Shown one piece after another: positions 18,613-28,665 of a stretch of DNA of 64,000 bases. Every line of letters begins with the position of its first letter. Position 1 is the first letter of the stretch. Under the pieces are notes generated by a model that saw nothing but the letters and a program-made list of their open reading frames with translations, was not told where the DNA came from and did not search any database. Location of the stretch: the NCBI GenBank assembly GCA_012728115.1, contig JAAYFS010000002.1, positions 4,818-68,817 of the forward strand, given 5' to 3'. The position numbers and the translations under genes were made by a program. The stretch is from Bacillota bacterium. GTDB taxonomy: Bacteria > Bacillota > Limnochordia > Darwinibacteriales > JAAYFS01.

Positions 18613-20133
18613 CTAATTTCCAAGCTGCTCTAATAATTCCTCAAGTTCTCTAATTTTAGCCTTTATCGATGCAATTATTTCATCATCTGACTTAAGCTCT
18701 TCGCTTTGTCTCACTTTTTCTTCATATTTTCCATGTAAGAAGGCGATTACCTCTTCATCACTAGTAAGCTCAACAATATCATTAGTCTCTGAGTTAATAA
18801 AAACTTGGTAAGCGATTCCTGCCGCATCGGTAGGAATAACCGTTAGTTTCCAGTAGAGTACTTGATCACGGATAAAGGGTAGCGGTTCCACCGAATCGAA
18901 GCGATCCCAACTTACCACGGGATTAGCACGCCTGACATAGTCGATCGCTCTTACAGGTCCAGTCAAAGTCTCGGTAGGAGGTAGTTCATAGATTTCTATT
19001 TCGCCAGTCCGCGCATCCACCAAGAAAAGTTTAAATATTCCGTGGCTGGCACCGTATGGTTCGGCACTAATAAACCATTTTAAACCCTCAACAGTCTCCA
19101 TTAAATAAGGTTGCTTATTTACAGTTGAATCCACATTTGGGGCATCTTGGATTTTGATTTGATCCTCGTGAATAAAAAGCTTGTTAGCCAATCCGAGATG
19201 ATATTGATATGCATCAACGTAGATACGAGCAAGGTTTTCAGGGAATATTCGATTACCAGCCAAGTCGGGATGCTCTAAGGCTTCTTCTGGTGAGAGGAAT
19301 TCAATTTTCCCTGCACTATCGATCACAAATACCCCTGCAAAATTTGGAACGGTGTAGAAAACACCCCAACGGAAGTGGAAGCTATAGTTGATAGCTCCAA
19401 CAACGGTGAGGATCTCTTCGCCGTTATCGGTTATAATATAGAATGGATCATCGGTATCAACAAAATAGCGATTTTTCCAGATGTTCCAATAGAGATTGTC
19501 CCGAAGCTGCATTCCTTCCCCGATGGCTAGATCGACCATGAAATGAGTTGTGTTTCTCGCTTGAGTGGTTGCATCAACCGCAACAACACCGCGGTTTTGC
19601 TTCGTAAAGGTAATGATTAAACCATCGGGTTTAAGTGGGAAGGTCCAATGTAGCCGATCGTTCACGATCGAAATATTTTCAGTTCCTAGCTTATATTGAC
19701 TTAATTGTAAGGAATCCTTAGCATAGCGTTCCGCAACGGAATATGGCATCAATCTTAATCCAAGAGTTGATTCGGGAAGGGTATCGCGCAAACGGTATTC
19801 GATATTCCCGGCAATATGTACTCCGCTAGCAAACTGTGCTAGAAAGATCCCTGGAATCAATAAAGCGATGAAAATTAACAATGACAGCCAGAAAGCATAG
19901 TTAGTGTATCCGACTGTTTGCTTGGAGGCATCGTTAATAATCGGGCGAGGTCTAGCCAGATTTGTAGAGCGTTTAAGTATCCCATAATGAATAATTAAGG
20001 TAAGTAATACTACTTCGATAATAACGGGATTTTTATAAAAGAGCATTACTAACCCATGAAACCAGGTACGAAAATACCATAAAAGCAATAAAAGCAGTGC
20101 TGAAAAGAAGTGCTTTTTCCATTTCATTTCCAA
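18613..20133 (-). CDS. Hypothetical membrane protein (3 N-terminal TM helices, a large extracytoplasmic domain and a C-terminal coiled coil)
   Basis: A 506-aa ORF 18 bp upstream of aroC on the same strand. I recognise no family. It ends in the coiled-coil 'IKAKIRELEELLEQLGN'. Confidence 0.6.
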   Translation of the reverse strand: MEMKWKKHFFSALLLLLLWYFRTWFHGLVMLFYKNPVIIEVVLLTLIIHYGILKRSTNLARPRPIINDASKQTVGYTNYAFWLSLLIFIALLIPGIFLAQFASGVHIAGNIEYRLRDTLPESTLGLRLMPYSVAERYAKDSLQLSQYKLGTENISIVNDRLHWTFPLKPDGLIITFTKQNRGVVAVDATTQARNTTHFMVDLAIGEGMQLRDNLYWNIWKNRYFVDTDDPFYIITDNGEEILTVVGAINYSFHFRWGVFYTVPNFAGVFVIDSAGKIEFLSPEEALEHPDLAGNRIFPENLARIYVDAYQYHLGLANKLFIHEDQIKIQDAPNVDSTVNKQPYLMETVEGLKWFISAEPYGASHGIFKLFLVDARTGEIEIYELPPTETLTGPVRAIDYVRRANPVVSWDRFDSVEPLPFIRDQVLYWKLTVIPTDAAGIAYQVFINSETNDIVELTSDEEVIAFLHGKYEEKVRQSEELKSDDEIIASIKAKIRELEELLEQLGN

Positions 20134-20211
20134 TCCCTCCTAGATAGTAATTTTCTGACCACGCCAAAGTATCTCCTGCATTATTAAAAGAAAAAACCAA
20201 CTTTTCTTGGG

Positions 20212-20239
20212 TTGACAATCGTTTAAAGGCTGGTATAAT
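20212..20239 (+). promoter_or_regulatory. Sigma-A-type promoter for tRNA-Met (TTGACA-16-TATAAT)
   Basis: Consensus -35 TTGACA at 20212-20217 and -10 TATAAT at 20234-20239. Confidence 0.7.
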
Positions 20240-20257
20240 ATAAGTTGTCGAAAGGAT

Positions 20258-20334
20258 GGCGGCGTAGCTCAGTTGGCTAGAGCATACGGTTCATACCCGT
20301 AGTGTCGCTGGTTCGAATCCAGCCGACGCTACCA
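20258..20334 (+). tRNA. tRNA-Met (CAT), elongator-type
   Basis: A cloverleaf with 'tagctcagttggctagagc' D-arm, anticodon loop tt-CAT-ac, TΨC 'ggttcgaatcc' and a 3' ACCA. It closely resembles the B. subtilis elongator tRNA-Met. One mismatch in the acceptor stem. Confidence 0.85.
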
Positions 20335-20350
20335 ATATGAGAAATTCTTA

Positions 20351-20384
20351 CCTTATAGCATTGTGGCTATAAGGTTTTTATTTT
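20351..20384 (+). terminator. Rho-independent terminator after tRNA-Met
   Basis: ccttatagc-attgtg-gctataagg followed by tttttatttt. Confidence 0.75.
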
Positions 20385-20498
20385 CTCTGGAGAGAATATC
20401 AAGATAATATCACTAGAGAAAAATTTTTTGGGGGATTTTATCGGAATCTTGAAATAAGGTGAAAACTAAAGAAATATTAGATAAAATTGGGTGGATCG

Positions 20499-20515
20499 TT
20501 CGACATCTTTATATT
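20499..20515 (+). promoter_or_regulatory. Spo0A-box-like element (TTCGACA, the reverse complement of TGTCGAA) next to a -10-like TATATT upstream of spoIIE
   Basis: A 7/7 match to the 0A-box consensus lies about 70 bp before the spoIIE start. B. subtilis spoIIE is Spo0A-activated. Confidence 0.4.
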
Positions 20516-20573
20516 GCTATTTTTGTTAAGATGATAATTAGCCGTTTTGTACTTATCTTTGGGAGCTGATTTT

Positions 20574-22679
20574 ATGGGTAGAACAGAAATAGGCTTACAT
20601 AGTTATCGAACGGTCTCAATTTCCTCAACACGCGACAAGAAAAACATTTTTAATGACCTAATATCGCTATCGAATATTTCATGGCCGTTATTTTTTTGTG
20701 GTGTCTTTTTTGGACGAGCACTGATATTTAATGAACTTATTCCTTTTGGTATTGCCTATTATGCCGCAGTTCGTACTCTCATGCAGAGGAAAGAAGCAAC
20801 CATCCAATTGATAGGAGTAATGCTTGGATTAATTACTATCATTAATCAAGCGACGATTTCACCATATTTAGCAGGTCTAATGCTTTTGTTTTTAGTAGGC
20901 GATGGACCACGCAACAAGGAAAAGAATTATCATTATTGGCTGTTATGGATAGCTGTTTCGTTTATATTAATCAGGGGACCTATTGGATACGTCTTTTATC
21001 CAGTCCCAATGAACTGGTTTAACACTGTTTTCGAAACAGGGTTAGCGCTGGCGATTTACTCGTTGCTTCACCACCTATTTCATAGTGGAAAAGCGTATGT
21101 ACTAGCCCCTACTCAAATTCAACTTGGTCTTTTGTTAATCGCAGCAGTCTTGGGAATTAATCTTACCGTTTACGGGATTTCCTTACGTTATGTAATCTGT
21201 TGTTATCTAGTTTTGGGGGCAGCCAAGATCGGTGGCGTGGTATTAGCATCAGTAATGGCAGCGGGTTTAGGTGTTATTAGTATTTTATTAAATGAACCGA
21301 TTAGCTTTGGTACTTTGCTTATTGGAATCGGTGTAATATCAGGATTGATCAGTCGTTTACCAGGTGGGATTGTGCTCGGCGGAGTAATTGCTACTCTTTT
21401 GATTCAAGGAGTACCAGTTCAACCTAGCAATGTTCCATACATTTTTATTATTTTTCTTGCCGCTGGCTTAGTATATCTGACTCCTGGACATCTTTTAAGA
21501 CAATTAGAAAGAGTTATACCAGGTACCGAACTTTATAAAGAAAGACAAATCACACAGGCGAACAAAATTCGAGGGATTTTGGAACGCAAACTAAATCAAT
21601 CTGCTAATGTTTTTGATGAATTAGCCAATACAATGAAAACCAAGTCAAAAAAAGGCAAGGATGTCTTATTAGTTGAGCAGCTTAGCGGAATTGCTGATAT
21701 AGTTAGATCCTTAAGTTTTCAGATGCAGCCGCAAGTTGAGTTTTCCGAAGAAATTGAAGGAAAGCTGATTCAACATATTAATTCACCAGATTTAAAGGAA
21801 TTGACAGTAATAAAAAGTTATGATGGATATGATATCTATGGTGCAAGGAACACTCCTTGCAATGGGAAGAATTGGTGTCAAAATGTTACCGAGATCTCCT
21901 CGCAATTGCTTGGTTCATCCTATCAAGTAGCCGCGAATGGGTGTATTACTGAAGGAGAATGTTCATTTCGCATTGAACCCAAACCTGAATATCGCTTAGA
22001 AGTAAAAATGGCAAAGGTAGCCAGTGAGGGTGTTTCTGGCGATAGCAATATGGTTTTTCAACTTTCTTCTGGAAAAATTGCACTGCTGGTTAGCGATGGA
22101 ATGGGCAAAGGTCAGCAAGCAGCAAATGAAAGTACTGCTGCGGTCCGATTGCTTGAAAAACTGATTCGCGTTGGTTATCCATGGGATGTAGCGATTCGGA
22201 TAGTCAATCGAGCACTTCTAATTAGAAGCGCTGAAGAAATGTTTGCTACCATTGATTTAGCAGTTGTTGATTTGCAAAATGGTTTGGTTGAGTTTGTTAA
22301 GATCGGATCCGCACCAAGTTTTATTAAACGTGGTAGGGATATTGAGATTGTGAGGAATAGGGCTTTGCCAGCGGGAATTCTTAAAGATGTAGACGTTGAG
22401 CAAGACAGGAGATTGCTAAAAGAAGGAGAATATTTGATTATGATCACCGATGGAATTCTAGATTCCCAAAGGCACATAATTCATAAAGACCAATGGTTCT
22501 GTCGAATCCTACGACGATTGGATCCGTCATTGGATACTCAAGAATTGTCAAAAGAACTAATGAAGATCTGTTTGGAAAAATCAAGTGAAAATAGAGACGA
22601 TATGATGATTCTTGTTGCAAAATTGATTAGAGATGACGGTGATATTATATCTTATCGGAGGAAGAGTAGTGCAGTTTGA
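20574..22679 (+). CDS. spoIIE: Stage II sporulation protein E (multi-TM PP2C phosphatase)
   Basis: About ten N-terminal TM segments and a C-terminal PP2C domain ('LVSDGMGKGQQAANESTAAVRLLEKL'). The start is chosen at the ATG with RBS 'gggag'. The ORF track extends to 20547. Confidence 0.9.
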   Translation: MGRTEIGLHSYRTVSISSTRDKKNIFNDLISLSNISWPLFFCGVFFGRALIFNELIPFGIAYYAAVRTLMQRKEATIQLIGVMLGLITIINQATISPYLAGLMLLFLVGDGPRNKEKNYHYWLLWIAVSFILIRGPIGYVFYPVPMNWFNTVFETGLALAIYSLLHHLFHSGKAYVLAPTQIQLGLLLIAAVLGINLTVYGISLRYVICCYLVLGAAKIGGVVLASVMAAGLGVISILLNEPISFGTLLIGIGVISGLISRLPGGIVLGGVIATLLIQGVPVQPSNVPYIFIIFLAAGLVYLTPGHLLRQLERVIPGTELYKERQITQANKIRGILERKLNQSANVFDELANTMKTKSKKGKDVLLVEQLSGIADIVRSLSFQMQPQVEFSEEIEGKLIQHINSPDLKELTVIKSYDGYDIYGARNTPCNGKNWCQNVTEISSQLLGSSYQVAANGCITEGECSFRIEPKPEYRLEVKMAKVASEGVSGDSNMVFQLSSGKIALLVSDGMGKGQQAANESTAAVRLLEKLIRVGYPWDVAIRIVNRALLIRSAEEMFATIDLAVVDLQNGLVEFVKIGSAPSFIKRGRDIEIVRNRALPAGILKDVDVEQDRRLLKEGEYLIMITDGILDSQRHIIHKDQWFCRILRRLDPSLDTQELSKELMKICLEKSSENRDDMMILVAKLIRDDGDIISYRRKSSAV

Positions 22680-24030
22680 CTTGTATGAGAGATTTGAAGA
22701 AGCACTAAATAAATACAATATGCTTGATGTAAACGATAAAGTTTTAGTTGCGGTGAGTGGCGGCCCTGATTCTATGGCTTTATTGCACTTGTTTTGGCGA
22801 TGGAACAAAAATAGAGTCGGGGTCTTTCATTTGAATCATCAATTTCGCCCAGAAGCTGAAGAGGATGCTTTTTTTGTCAAAAAAATCGCTACTGAATGGG
22901 ATTTAACACATCATATTATGTCTTATGATATTTTAAGATATCTCGAAGAATCGGGCGAAACTAAGCAACAAGGCGCCCGGACTATTAGATACCGATTAAT
23001 GGAAGAATTAAGGCAAAAGTATGGTTATACCAAGGTGGCTTTAGGCCATCATGCTGATGATCAGGCGGAGACGGTGTTGATGCGAATTGTAAGAGGTACA
23101 GGGTTAACTGGATTGGCTGGCATCCCTGCAGTTCGCAACCATTACATACGTCCGCTTCTTTGTGTTAATAAAGAAGAACTGATTAATTATTGCAATGCTT
23201 TTAGCATCCCTTTTGTGATCGACGATTCCAATAAGTCTACTGTCTACTTCCGTAATAAAATTCGTAATCACCTAATTCCTATCCTAGAAAAAGATTATAA
23301 TGTAGCGATTCGAGATCACTTGGTTAAGCTCGCTCAAATGGTCCATGATGATGATGAGGAATTAGAAGAACGTGCGAAGCAAATCTTTACCGAACTGGAA
23401 CTAGAAAGTGCTGAACCAAAGCAAATAAGTATCGACCGCGAAAGGTTTCGAGCTTTATCTCCGAGTATGCAACGTAGAGTATTGCGAAAAGGGATTGCTG
23501 ATTACAAAGGAGATCTGGTAGGGATCAATTTTGAACATATCGAGGAATTGAGAAATCGCGTCGTCCAACCAGGTACATTTGAGATGGATTTGCCCTCAAT
23601 AGTGATTATTGGGAACTCGAATACTATAGTGTTTGGTGGATATCAGGTACGATCTGAATGGGAACCTTTCGAATTAAATATACCTTCAACGGTAGTTTTA
23701 GGTAGATACAAGATCAATGCCCGAGTATATTCGATCAATGAGCTACCCCAACGGCAAGAGAATGCTGAGGATTATGACTATCAAAAGCTTGTTTTGCCCT
23801 TGGTTGTCCGTCGTCGCCAACCAGGTGATAGAATAGAGGTCTTTGGAGCTCACAATAAAAAAGTAAAAGATCTTTTGATCGATCATAAAATCCCTGTCCA
23901 GTTAAGGGATGAAATTCCAATTATCTGTGATCAAACGGGTATCCTTTATATTCCAGGGGTTAGACGAAGCGAAAAAGGAAGGATTTCTCCAGCAACTAGA
24001 GAAGTACTTAGGTTAACGTTTGAGGTCTAG
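22669..24030 (+). CDS. tilS: tRNA(Ile)-lysidine synthetase
   Basis: The PP-loop 'VAVSGGPDSMALL' is present. The GTG start has RBS 'cggagg' and overlaps the spoIIE 3' end. No hpt follows, which departs from Bacillus synteny. Confidence 0.88.
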   Translation: MQFDLYERFEEALNKYNMLDVNDKVLVAVSGGPDSMALLHLFWRWNKNRVGVFHLNHQFRPEAEEDAFFVKKIATEWDLTHHIMSYDILRYLEESGETKQQGARTIRYRLMEELRQKYGYTKVALGHHADDQAETVLMRIVRGTGLTGLAGIPAVRNHYIRPLLCVNKEELINYCNAFSIPFVIDDSNKSTVYFRNKIRNHLIPILEKDYNVAIRDHLVKLAQMVHDDDEELEERAKQIFTELELESAEPKQISIDRERFRALSPSMQRRVLRKGIADYKGDLVGINFEHIEELRNRVVQPGTFEMDLPSIVIIGNSNTIVFGGYQVRSEWEPFELNIPSTVVLGRYKINARVYSINELPQRQENAEDYDYQKLVLPLVVRRRQPGDRIEVFGAHNKKVKDLLIDHKIPVQLRDEIPIICDQTGILYIPGVRRSEKGRISPATREVLRLTFEV

Positions 24031-24111
24031 AAGGATTGTAAGTAAAATGTAGCTGTGATATAATTGAACATGTTCGCCGTTTAAGTGTTGTAATTGAAAG
24101 GAGTGCAAGTT

Positions 24112-26028
24112 TTGAATAAATTCTTACGCGGAATTAGTGTCTATATATTTGTTGCAATCATTGTAATCTTTATATTTAGTTTTCTTTTTCAGCCTCCAAA
24201 TTTAGTCAGGGATTTCATTTATTCCGAGTTTGAAGCTAGGTTAGAAAACAATGAAATTAAGTCAATAAAGATGGTGGGAGAGCAGCAAATCGAAGGAGTT
24301 TTACGAGATGGAACGCGCTTTACCACCGTTGTACCTTCTGGCAGTATGTCCAGTATTGTTGAAAAGTTAAGAGAGCATGGGGTAGTTGAAATCGAAGCTG
24401 CCTTGCCACCACAACCATCATGGTGGGTTTCTTTGTTGCCCAATATCCTGATGTTGGTGGTCTTTGTTGCGATTTGGTTATTCATTCTTAACCAAATGCA
24501 AGGTGGAAATAATCGAGCGATGTCATTCGGTAAAAGCCGAGCTCGACTTCATACTGATGATAAACCACGGATTTCGTTTAATGACGTAGCAGGAGTAGAT
24601 GAAGCTAAGCAAGAGTTAGTTGAAGTGGTTGATTTCCTCAAACAACCGAAAAAATTCGCCGATCTTGGCGCTAAAATTCCTAAAGGTGTTTTATTAATCG
24701 GACCACCTGGAACAGGAAAAACTCTCCTTGCAAAAGCAGTAGCTGGGGAGGCTGGGGTTCCATTCTTTAGTATCAGTGGTTCCGAATTTGTTGAGATGTT
24801 TGTGGGTGTGGGAGCCTCACGCGTAAGAGATCTTTTCGATAATGCAAAAAGGAATGCTCCTTGCTTGATCTTTATCGATGAGCTAGATGCAGTTGGCCGT
24901 CAAAGAGGGGCTGGTTTAGGCGGAGGGCACGATGAGCGTGAACAAACCTTAAATCAGTTGCTCGTGGAAATGGATGGTTTTGAAACCAACTCTGGGATTA
25001 TCGTAATGGCTGCTACCAATAGAGCAGACGTCTTAGACCCCGCGCTATTGAGACCTGGACGTTTCGATAGAAAGGTAGTAGTTGATCGACCTGATCTTGA
25101 AGGTCGTTTTGCAATCCTAAAAATTCATGCTCGCAATAAGCCTCTTAATAAGGATGTTGATTTACGAGTAATAGCAAGAAGAACTCCAGGTTTTGCTGGT
25201 GCAGACCTTGAAAACTTACTAAATGAAGCTGCTATTCTTGCAGCTCGGAAGGGCCAAAAGAAAATCCTGATGGAAGATATTGAAGAAGCCATCGACCGCG
25301 TTGTTATGGGTCCAGAAAAAAGGAATCGCGTGCTTACCGAAAATGATAAGAAAGTTTTCGCCTATCATGAAGCAGGGCACGCTGTGGTAGCATATTATTT
25401 AGAGCATGCAGACCCTGTTCACAAGATTAGTATCATCGGTAGGGGTGGTGCAGGCGGTTATACAATGATGCTACCCGAAGAAGAATCGTTTGTAATGAAT
25501 AAATCCAAACTACTAGATGAATTAGCAAACCTCCTTGGAGGTCGGGCTGCGGAAGAGATCGCTTTAAATGAAGTAAGTACTGGTGCTCAAAGTGACCTCG
25601 AGCGAGCTACCAAAATCGCCAGAAAAATGGTGATGGAGTGGGGGATGAGTGAAAAACTCGGTCCGCTAACTTTCGGTAGACCAAACCATGATCAACTAGT
25701 ATTTTTGGGTCGTGATCTAGGTAGAGATCGTGATTACAGTGAAGAAGTAGCAGCGACGATCGATAGTGAGGTTCGTTCGATAATAGAAGACAGTTATGTT
25801 CGAGCCAAAGAAATCTTAGCGGAGCACAAGGATCGCTTAGAATCAGTTACCGAAGCACTTTTAGAAATTGAGACCTTGAATAAGGAACAATTTGAGGCAA
25901 TTATGTCAGGGCAAGAAATAGATCTAGAAACGGCAAAAGCTGGTTCCGAAACTCCTGTAGCTGCATACAATGAGGAAGAGAATAGGGTTATAAAAACAAA
26001 GACAGAACCAGTAGTCGGTTTAGAATAA
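24112..26028 (+). CDS. ftsH: ATP-dependent zinc metalloprotease FtsH
   Basis: Walker A 'GPPGTGKT', SRH, and the HEAGH zinc site are present. The TTG start after RBS 'aaaggag' is preferred over the track's upstream TTG at 24094. Confidence 0.92.
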   Translation: MNKFLRGISVYIFVAIIVIFIFSFLFQPPNLVRDFIYSEFEARLENNEIKSIKMVGEQQIEGVLRDGTRFTTVVPSGSMSSIVEKLREHGVVEIEAALPPQPSWWVSLLPNILMLVVFVAIWLFILNQMQGGNNRAMSFGKSRARLHTDDKPRISFNDVAGVDEAKQELVEVVDFLKQPKKFADLGAKIPKGVLLIGPPGTGKTLLAKAVAGEAGVPFFSISGSEFVEMFVGVGASRVRDLFDNAKRNAPCLIFIDELDAVGRQRGAGLGGGHDEREQTLNQLLVEMDGFETNSGIIVMAATNRADVLDPALLRPGRFDRKVVVDRPDLEGRFAILKIHARNKPLNKDVDLRVIARRTPGFAGADLENLLNEAAILAARKGQKKILMEDIEEAIDRVVMGPEKRNRVLTENDKKVFAYHEAGHAVVAYYLEHADPVHKISIIGRGGAGGYTMMLPEEESFVMNKSKLLDELANLLGGRAAEEIALNEVSTGAQSDLERATKIARKMVMEWGMSEKLGPLTFGRPNHDQLVFLGRDLGRDRDYSEEVAATIDSEVRSIIEDSYVRAKEILAEHKDRLESVTEALLEIETLNKEQFEAIMSGQEIDLETAKAGSETPVAAYNEEENRVIKTKTEPVVGLE

Positions 26029-26062
26029 AAATAAGCTCCTAGTTTTTTAGGAGCGAACATAG

Positions 26063-26455
26063 ATGAAAAGGATTAATTATTTAGAGGAGGCCTGTTTAGT
26101 GTCAGATAAACTTGTTTTAAAAAATATGACTTTTTACGGGTATCATGGAGCGTTTTCGGCAGAGCGAGAACTAGGCCAAAAATTTGAGGTGGATTTAGAA
26201 ATCTACACAGATTTGCAGAATGCCGCAGATGACACGGAACTGGCCTTTAACTATGTCGACGCCTATACCGTGGTACGAGAAATTGTCGAAGAAAGTGAGT
26301 TTAACGTACTAGAGACCCTAGCCGAAACCATTGCATCACAAATTCTAGCAATGTACGATATTACGGAAGTAGTGGTGCGAGTAAGAAAAACTCATGTTCC
26401 TGTAGGCGGTCCAATTGATTACTTGGAAGTCGAAATCAGAAGAAAACCGAGGTAA
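26063..26455 (+). CDS. folB: Dihydroneopterin aldolase
   Basis: 'LVLKNMTFYGYHGAFSAERELGQKFEVDLEI' matches the FolB fold and motif. It stands alone, with no adjacent folK or folP. Confidence 0.85.
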   Translation: MKRINYLEEACLVSDKLVLKNMTFYGYHGAFSAERELGQKFEVDLEIYTDLQNAADDTELAFNYVDAYTVVREIVEESEFNVLETLAETIASQILAMYDITEVVVRVRKTHVPVGGPIDYLEVEIRRKPR

Positions 26456-26458
26456 GAT

Positions 26459-26495
26459 AAATCCCCTCTAATAGTTCAACTATTAGAGGGGATTT
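26459..26495. terminator. Bidirectional terminator between folB (+) and htrA (-)
   Basis: A 16-bp perfect inverted repeat aaatcccctctaatag / ctattagaggggattt with a 5-nt loop. Confidence 0.8.
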
Positions 26496-26503
26496 CCTTA
26501 TTT

Positions 26504-27757
26504 CTATAGATATTCAGGCGGTCTATTTTCCAAAGTTACAGTTATTAGGTGAACTTGACCATCACGTAGTACTGTTAGGAGGACTTGATCTCCAGGAGCT
26601 TTCTTACCGATTAGTTCCAAGAATTCCTCTTGACTTGTGACGTCATTATTGTCTACTCTGCGAATAACATCCCATGGCTTGATGCCAGCTTTTTCCGCCG
26701 GTGAATCAGCTATAATATCAGAGATCAGAACGCCTTTATCGTTAGGAATTCTAAGAGAATTAGCGAGTTCAGGAGTTAATGTGAGTGGATATACTCCTAA
26801 CCATGGTCTTTGAACACCACCTGTCTCGATCAACTGTTGTAAAACTTCTTTTGCTACATTGATTGGTATTGCAAAACCAATTCCCTGTGCCTGGGCATGA
26901 ACAGCGGTATTAATTCCAATTACTTTACCAGTAATATCTAACAATGGTCCCCCCGAGTTACCACGGTTAATAGCAGCATCGGTTTGCATTAGGTTGCGGT
27001 AAACTTGTGTGGTATTAGAATCAACTTGGATAGCAATCTCTCGTCCCTTTGCACTTAATACTCCTACTGTTACAGTATGCTCGAATTGCTTTCCATATGG
27101 ATTACCGATAGCGATTACCCACTCGCCTGGTCTGCTTGCATCTGAGTCGCCTAACGGAACAGTAGGGAATGGACCATCAGCATCTAAAATTTGTAATACC
27201 GCTAAATCTAGTTTCGCATCGGAACCAAGTATCTCAGCGTTAAATTCACCGCTGATTCCAGGAGCATTGAGAGTAACCTTAATAACCTGATTTTCGCCTT
27301 TGTTGCCAACCACATGTTGGTTTGTTAGAATTATACCAGATTCGTCAATAATAAATCCCGTACCCTGACTAATAACACTTCTAGGTTGGGTAGTAAAAGG
27401 AGAAAAAAACCAACTATCGAAAAAGTCCCAGAAAGGATCACTGATCCTGTTTCTTTGTTCCTTTTGTTGTGGCCACTCTACTTGAATGTAGACGATAGCA
27501 GGACTTGCTTGTTCAGCTATATCTGCAATGAGGTGCGGATTACCAATCGTAGCAGATAATAATCCTGCTTTGCTTGCTTGAGGGCTGGAAACTATCTCTT
27601 CGTTAGGATTTACTTCCCCCACTGCAAGCGATGCATCGACCTCTTCTCTCGCCAGCGAGACATCGGAAAGAACAAATTGGTCGATAACCATAACGCCTGT
27701 TAGAACGAGCATCAAACATACCAATAAGTAGCTCAATAAACGTTTGTTTCTCATCAT
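26504..27757 (-). CDS. htrA: HtrA/DegP-family serine protease with a PDZ domain
   Basis: Trypsin-like motifs ('TNQHVV', 'GNSGGPLL'), an N-terminal TM anchor and a C-terminal PDZ domain. The start is at 'MMRNKRL' after RBS 'aaggagg'. Confidence 0.88.
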   Translation of the reverse strand: MMRNKRLLSYLLVCLMLVLTGVMVIDQFVLSDVSLAREEVDASLAVGEVNPNEEIVSSPQASKAGLLSATIGNPHLIADIAEQASPAIVYIQVEWPQQKEQRNRISDPFWDFFDSWFFSPFTTQPRSVISQGTGFIIDESGIILTNQHVVGNKGENQVIKVTLNAPGISGEFNAEILGSDAKLDLAVLQILDADGPFPTVPLGDSDASRPGEWVIAIGNPYGKQFEHTVTVGVLSAKGREIAIQVDSNTTQVYRNLMQTDAAINRGNSGGPLLDITGKVIGINTAVHAQAQGIGFAIPINVAKEVLQQLIETGGVQRPWLGVYPLTLTPELANSLRIPNDKGVLISDIIADSPAEKAGIKPWDVIRRVDNNDVTSQEEFLELIGKKAPGDQVLLTVLRDGQVHLITVTLENRPPEYL

Positions 27758-27839
27758 GGAATCCTCCTTATCGAATATATTTTGTCTTTCCAAAAAAATT
27801 ATAACACTCTAATTTTCAAGTTCAAGGGGGGTATTTTTT

Positions 27840-28577
27840 GTGAGTTTTACCATTTTTGAATGGCTGGGCGCGAATATCTCCCATATAGAATTTCACCCTT
27901 CCTTACCGTCAACCAATGATTATGCAAAAGCGCGCATCAAGGATGGCTGTCGACATGGCACAGTGATATGGGCAGACGAGCAAACCCGTGGTAAAGGTAG
28001 GCTTGGTCGACGCTGGACTTCTAATAATGGTTCGTTAACTTTTAGTATAATCTGGCGGTTTTTTGGGTACGAGAATTTAGCAATTTTACAACTCTACATA
28101 GGTTTATGGGTGGTAAGAGCGTTACAGAAGATCATCTTAGAAGCAAGAGTAAAATGGCCAAATGATATCTGGATTTATGATAAAAAATTGGCTGGAATAT
28201 TAAGTGAAAGTACGATTAAAGGAAATGAAATCTGGGTAGCGGTAGGGATCGGTTTAAATGTTAACGGGGAAACATTGGAAGGTGCAATTTCCTTGGAGCA
28301 AGCTACCCAAAAAAGCCACGATCGCAAGCAAGTGCTGGATTTAATTCTTCAAGAAATTGATCAAGGATTTGATGAATGGAAAAATAGAACGCTAGATTTA
28401 AACGAAGAATTAAAAAAATACGGTAATTTTCTCGGTCGGGAACTGATTGTTATTGAAGGTGAACATAAATTTACAGGGATTGGAAAAGAAGTATTGGCTG
28501 ATGGAGCGTTAGCGGTAGAGACTCCCCATGGTAGTAAGATTATCTACTCTAGTGATGTCTCTGTTCGTTTTACTTAA
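27840..28577 (+). CDS. birA: Biotin--[acetyl-CoA-carboxylase] ligase, class I (no N-terminal HTH)
   Basis: The BPL catalytic motif 'QTRGKGRLGRRWTS' is present. At 245 aa it lacks the DNA-binding domain. It has a GTG start. Confidence 0.8.
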   Translation: MSFTIFEWLGANISHIEFHPSLPSTNDYAKARIKDGCRHGTVIWADEQTRGKGRLGRRWTSNNGSLTFSIIWRFFGYENLAILQLYIGLWVVRALQKIILEARVKWPNDIWIYDKKLAGILSESTIKGNEIWVAVGIGLNVNGETLEGAISLEQATQKSHDRKQVLDLILQEIDQGFDEWKNRTLDLNEELKKYGNFLGRELIVIEGEHKFTGIGKEVLADGALAVETPHGSKIIYSSDVSVRFT

Positions 28578-28601
28578 AGACAGTTTAGGATAGATAGAAG
28601 G

Positions 28602-28647
28602 AAGCGGATAGAAAAGGAAATCATTTCTATCCGCTTGTTTTTGTTTG
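28602..28647. terminator. Bidirectional terminator between birA (+) and the Na/Pi transporter gene (-)
   Basis: aagcggatagaaa-aggaaatca-tttctatccgctt followed by gtttttgtttg. Confidence 0.8.
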
Positions 28648-28665
28648 ACCCAAATCCACTTTATC

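Noticed and set aside
20033-20218. 61-aa minus-strand ORF
   Set aside because: It overlaps the 5' end of the 506-aa membrane protein gene and the tRNA-Met promoter. It has no RBS, so it is most likely spurious.
26029-26062. Hairpin gctccta-gtttttt-taggagc between ftsH and folB as a terminator
   Set aside because: The stem is short and no U-tract follows on the plus strand, and the 3' arm overlaps the folB RBS. It could be a weak translational element, but the evidence is insufficient.
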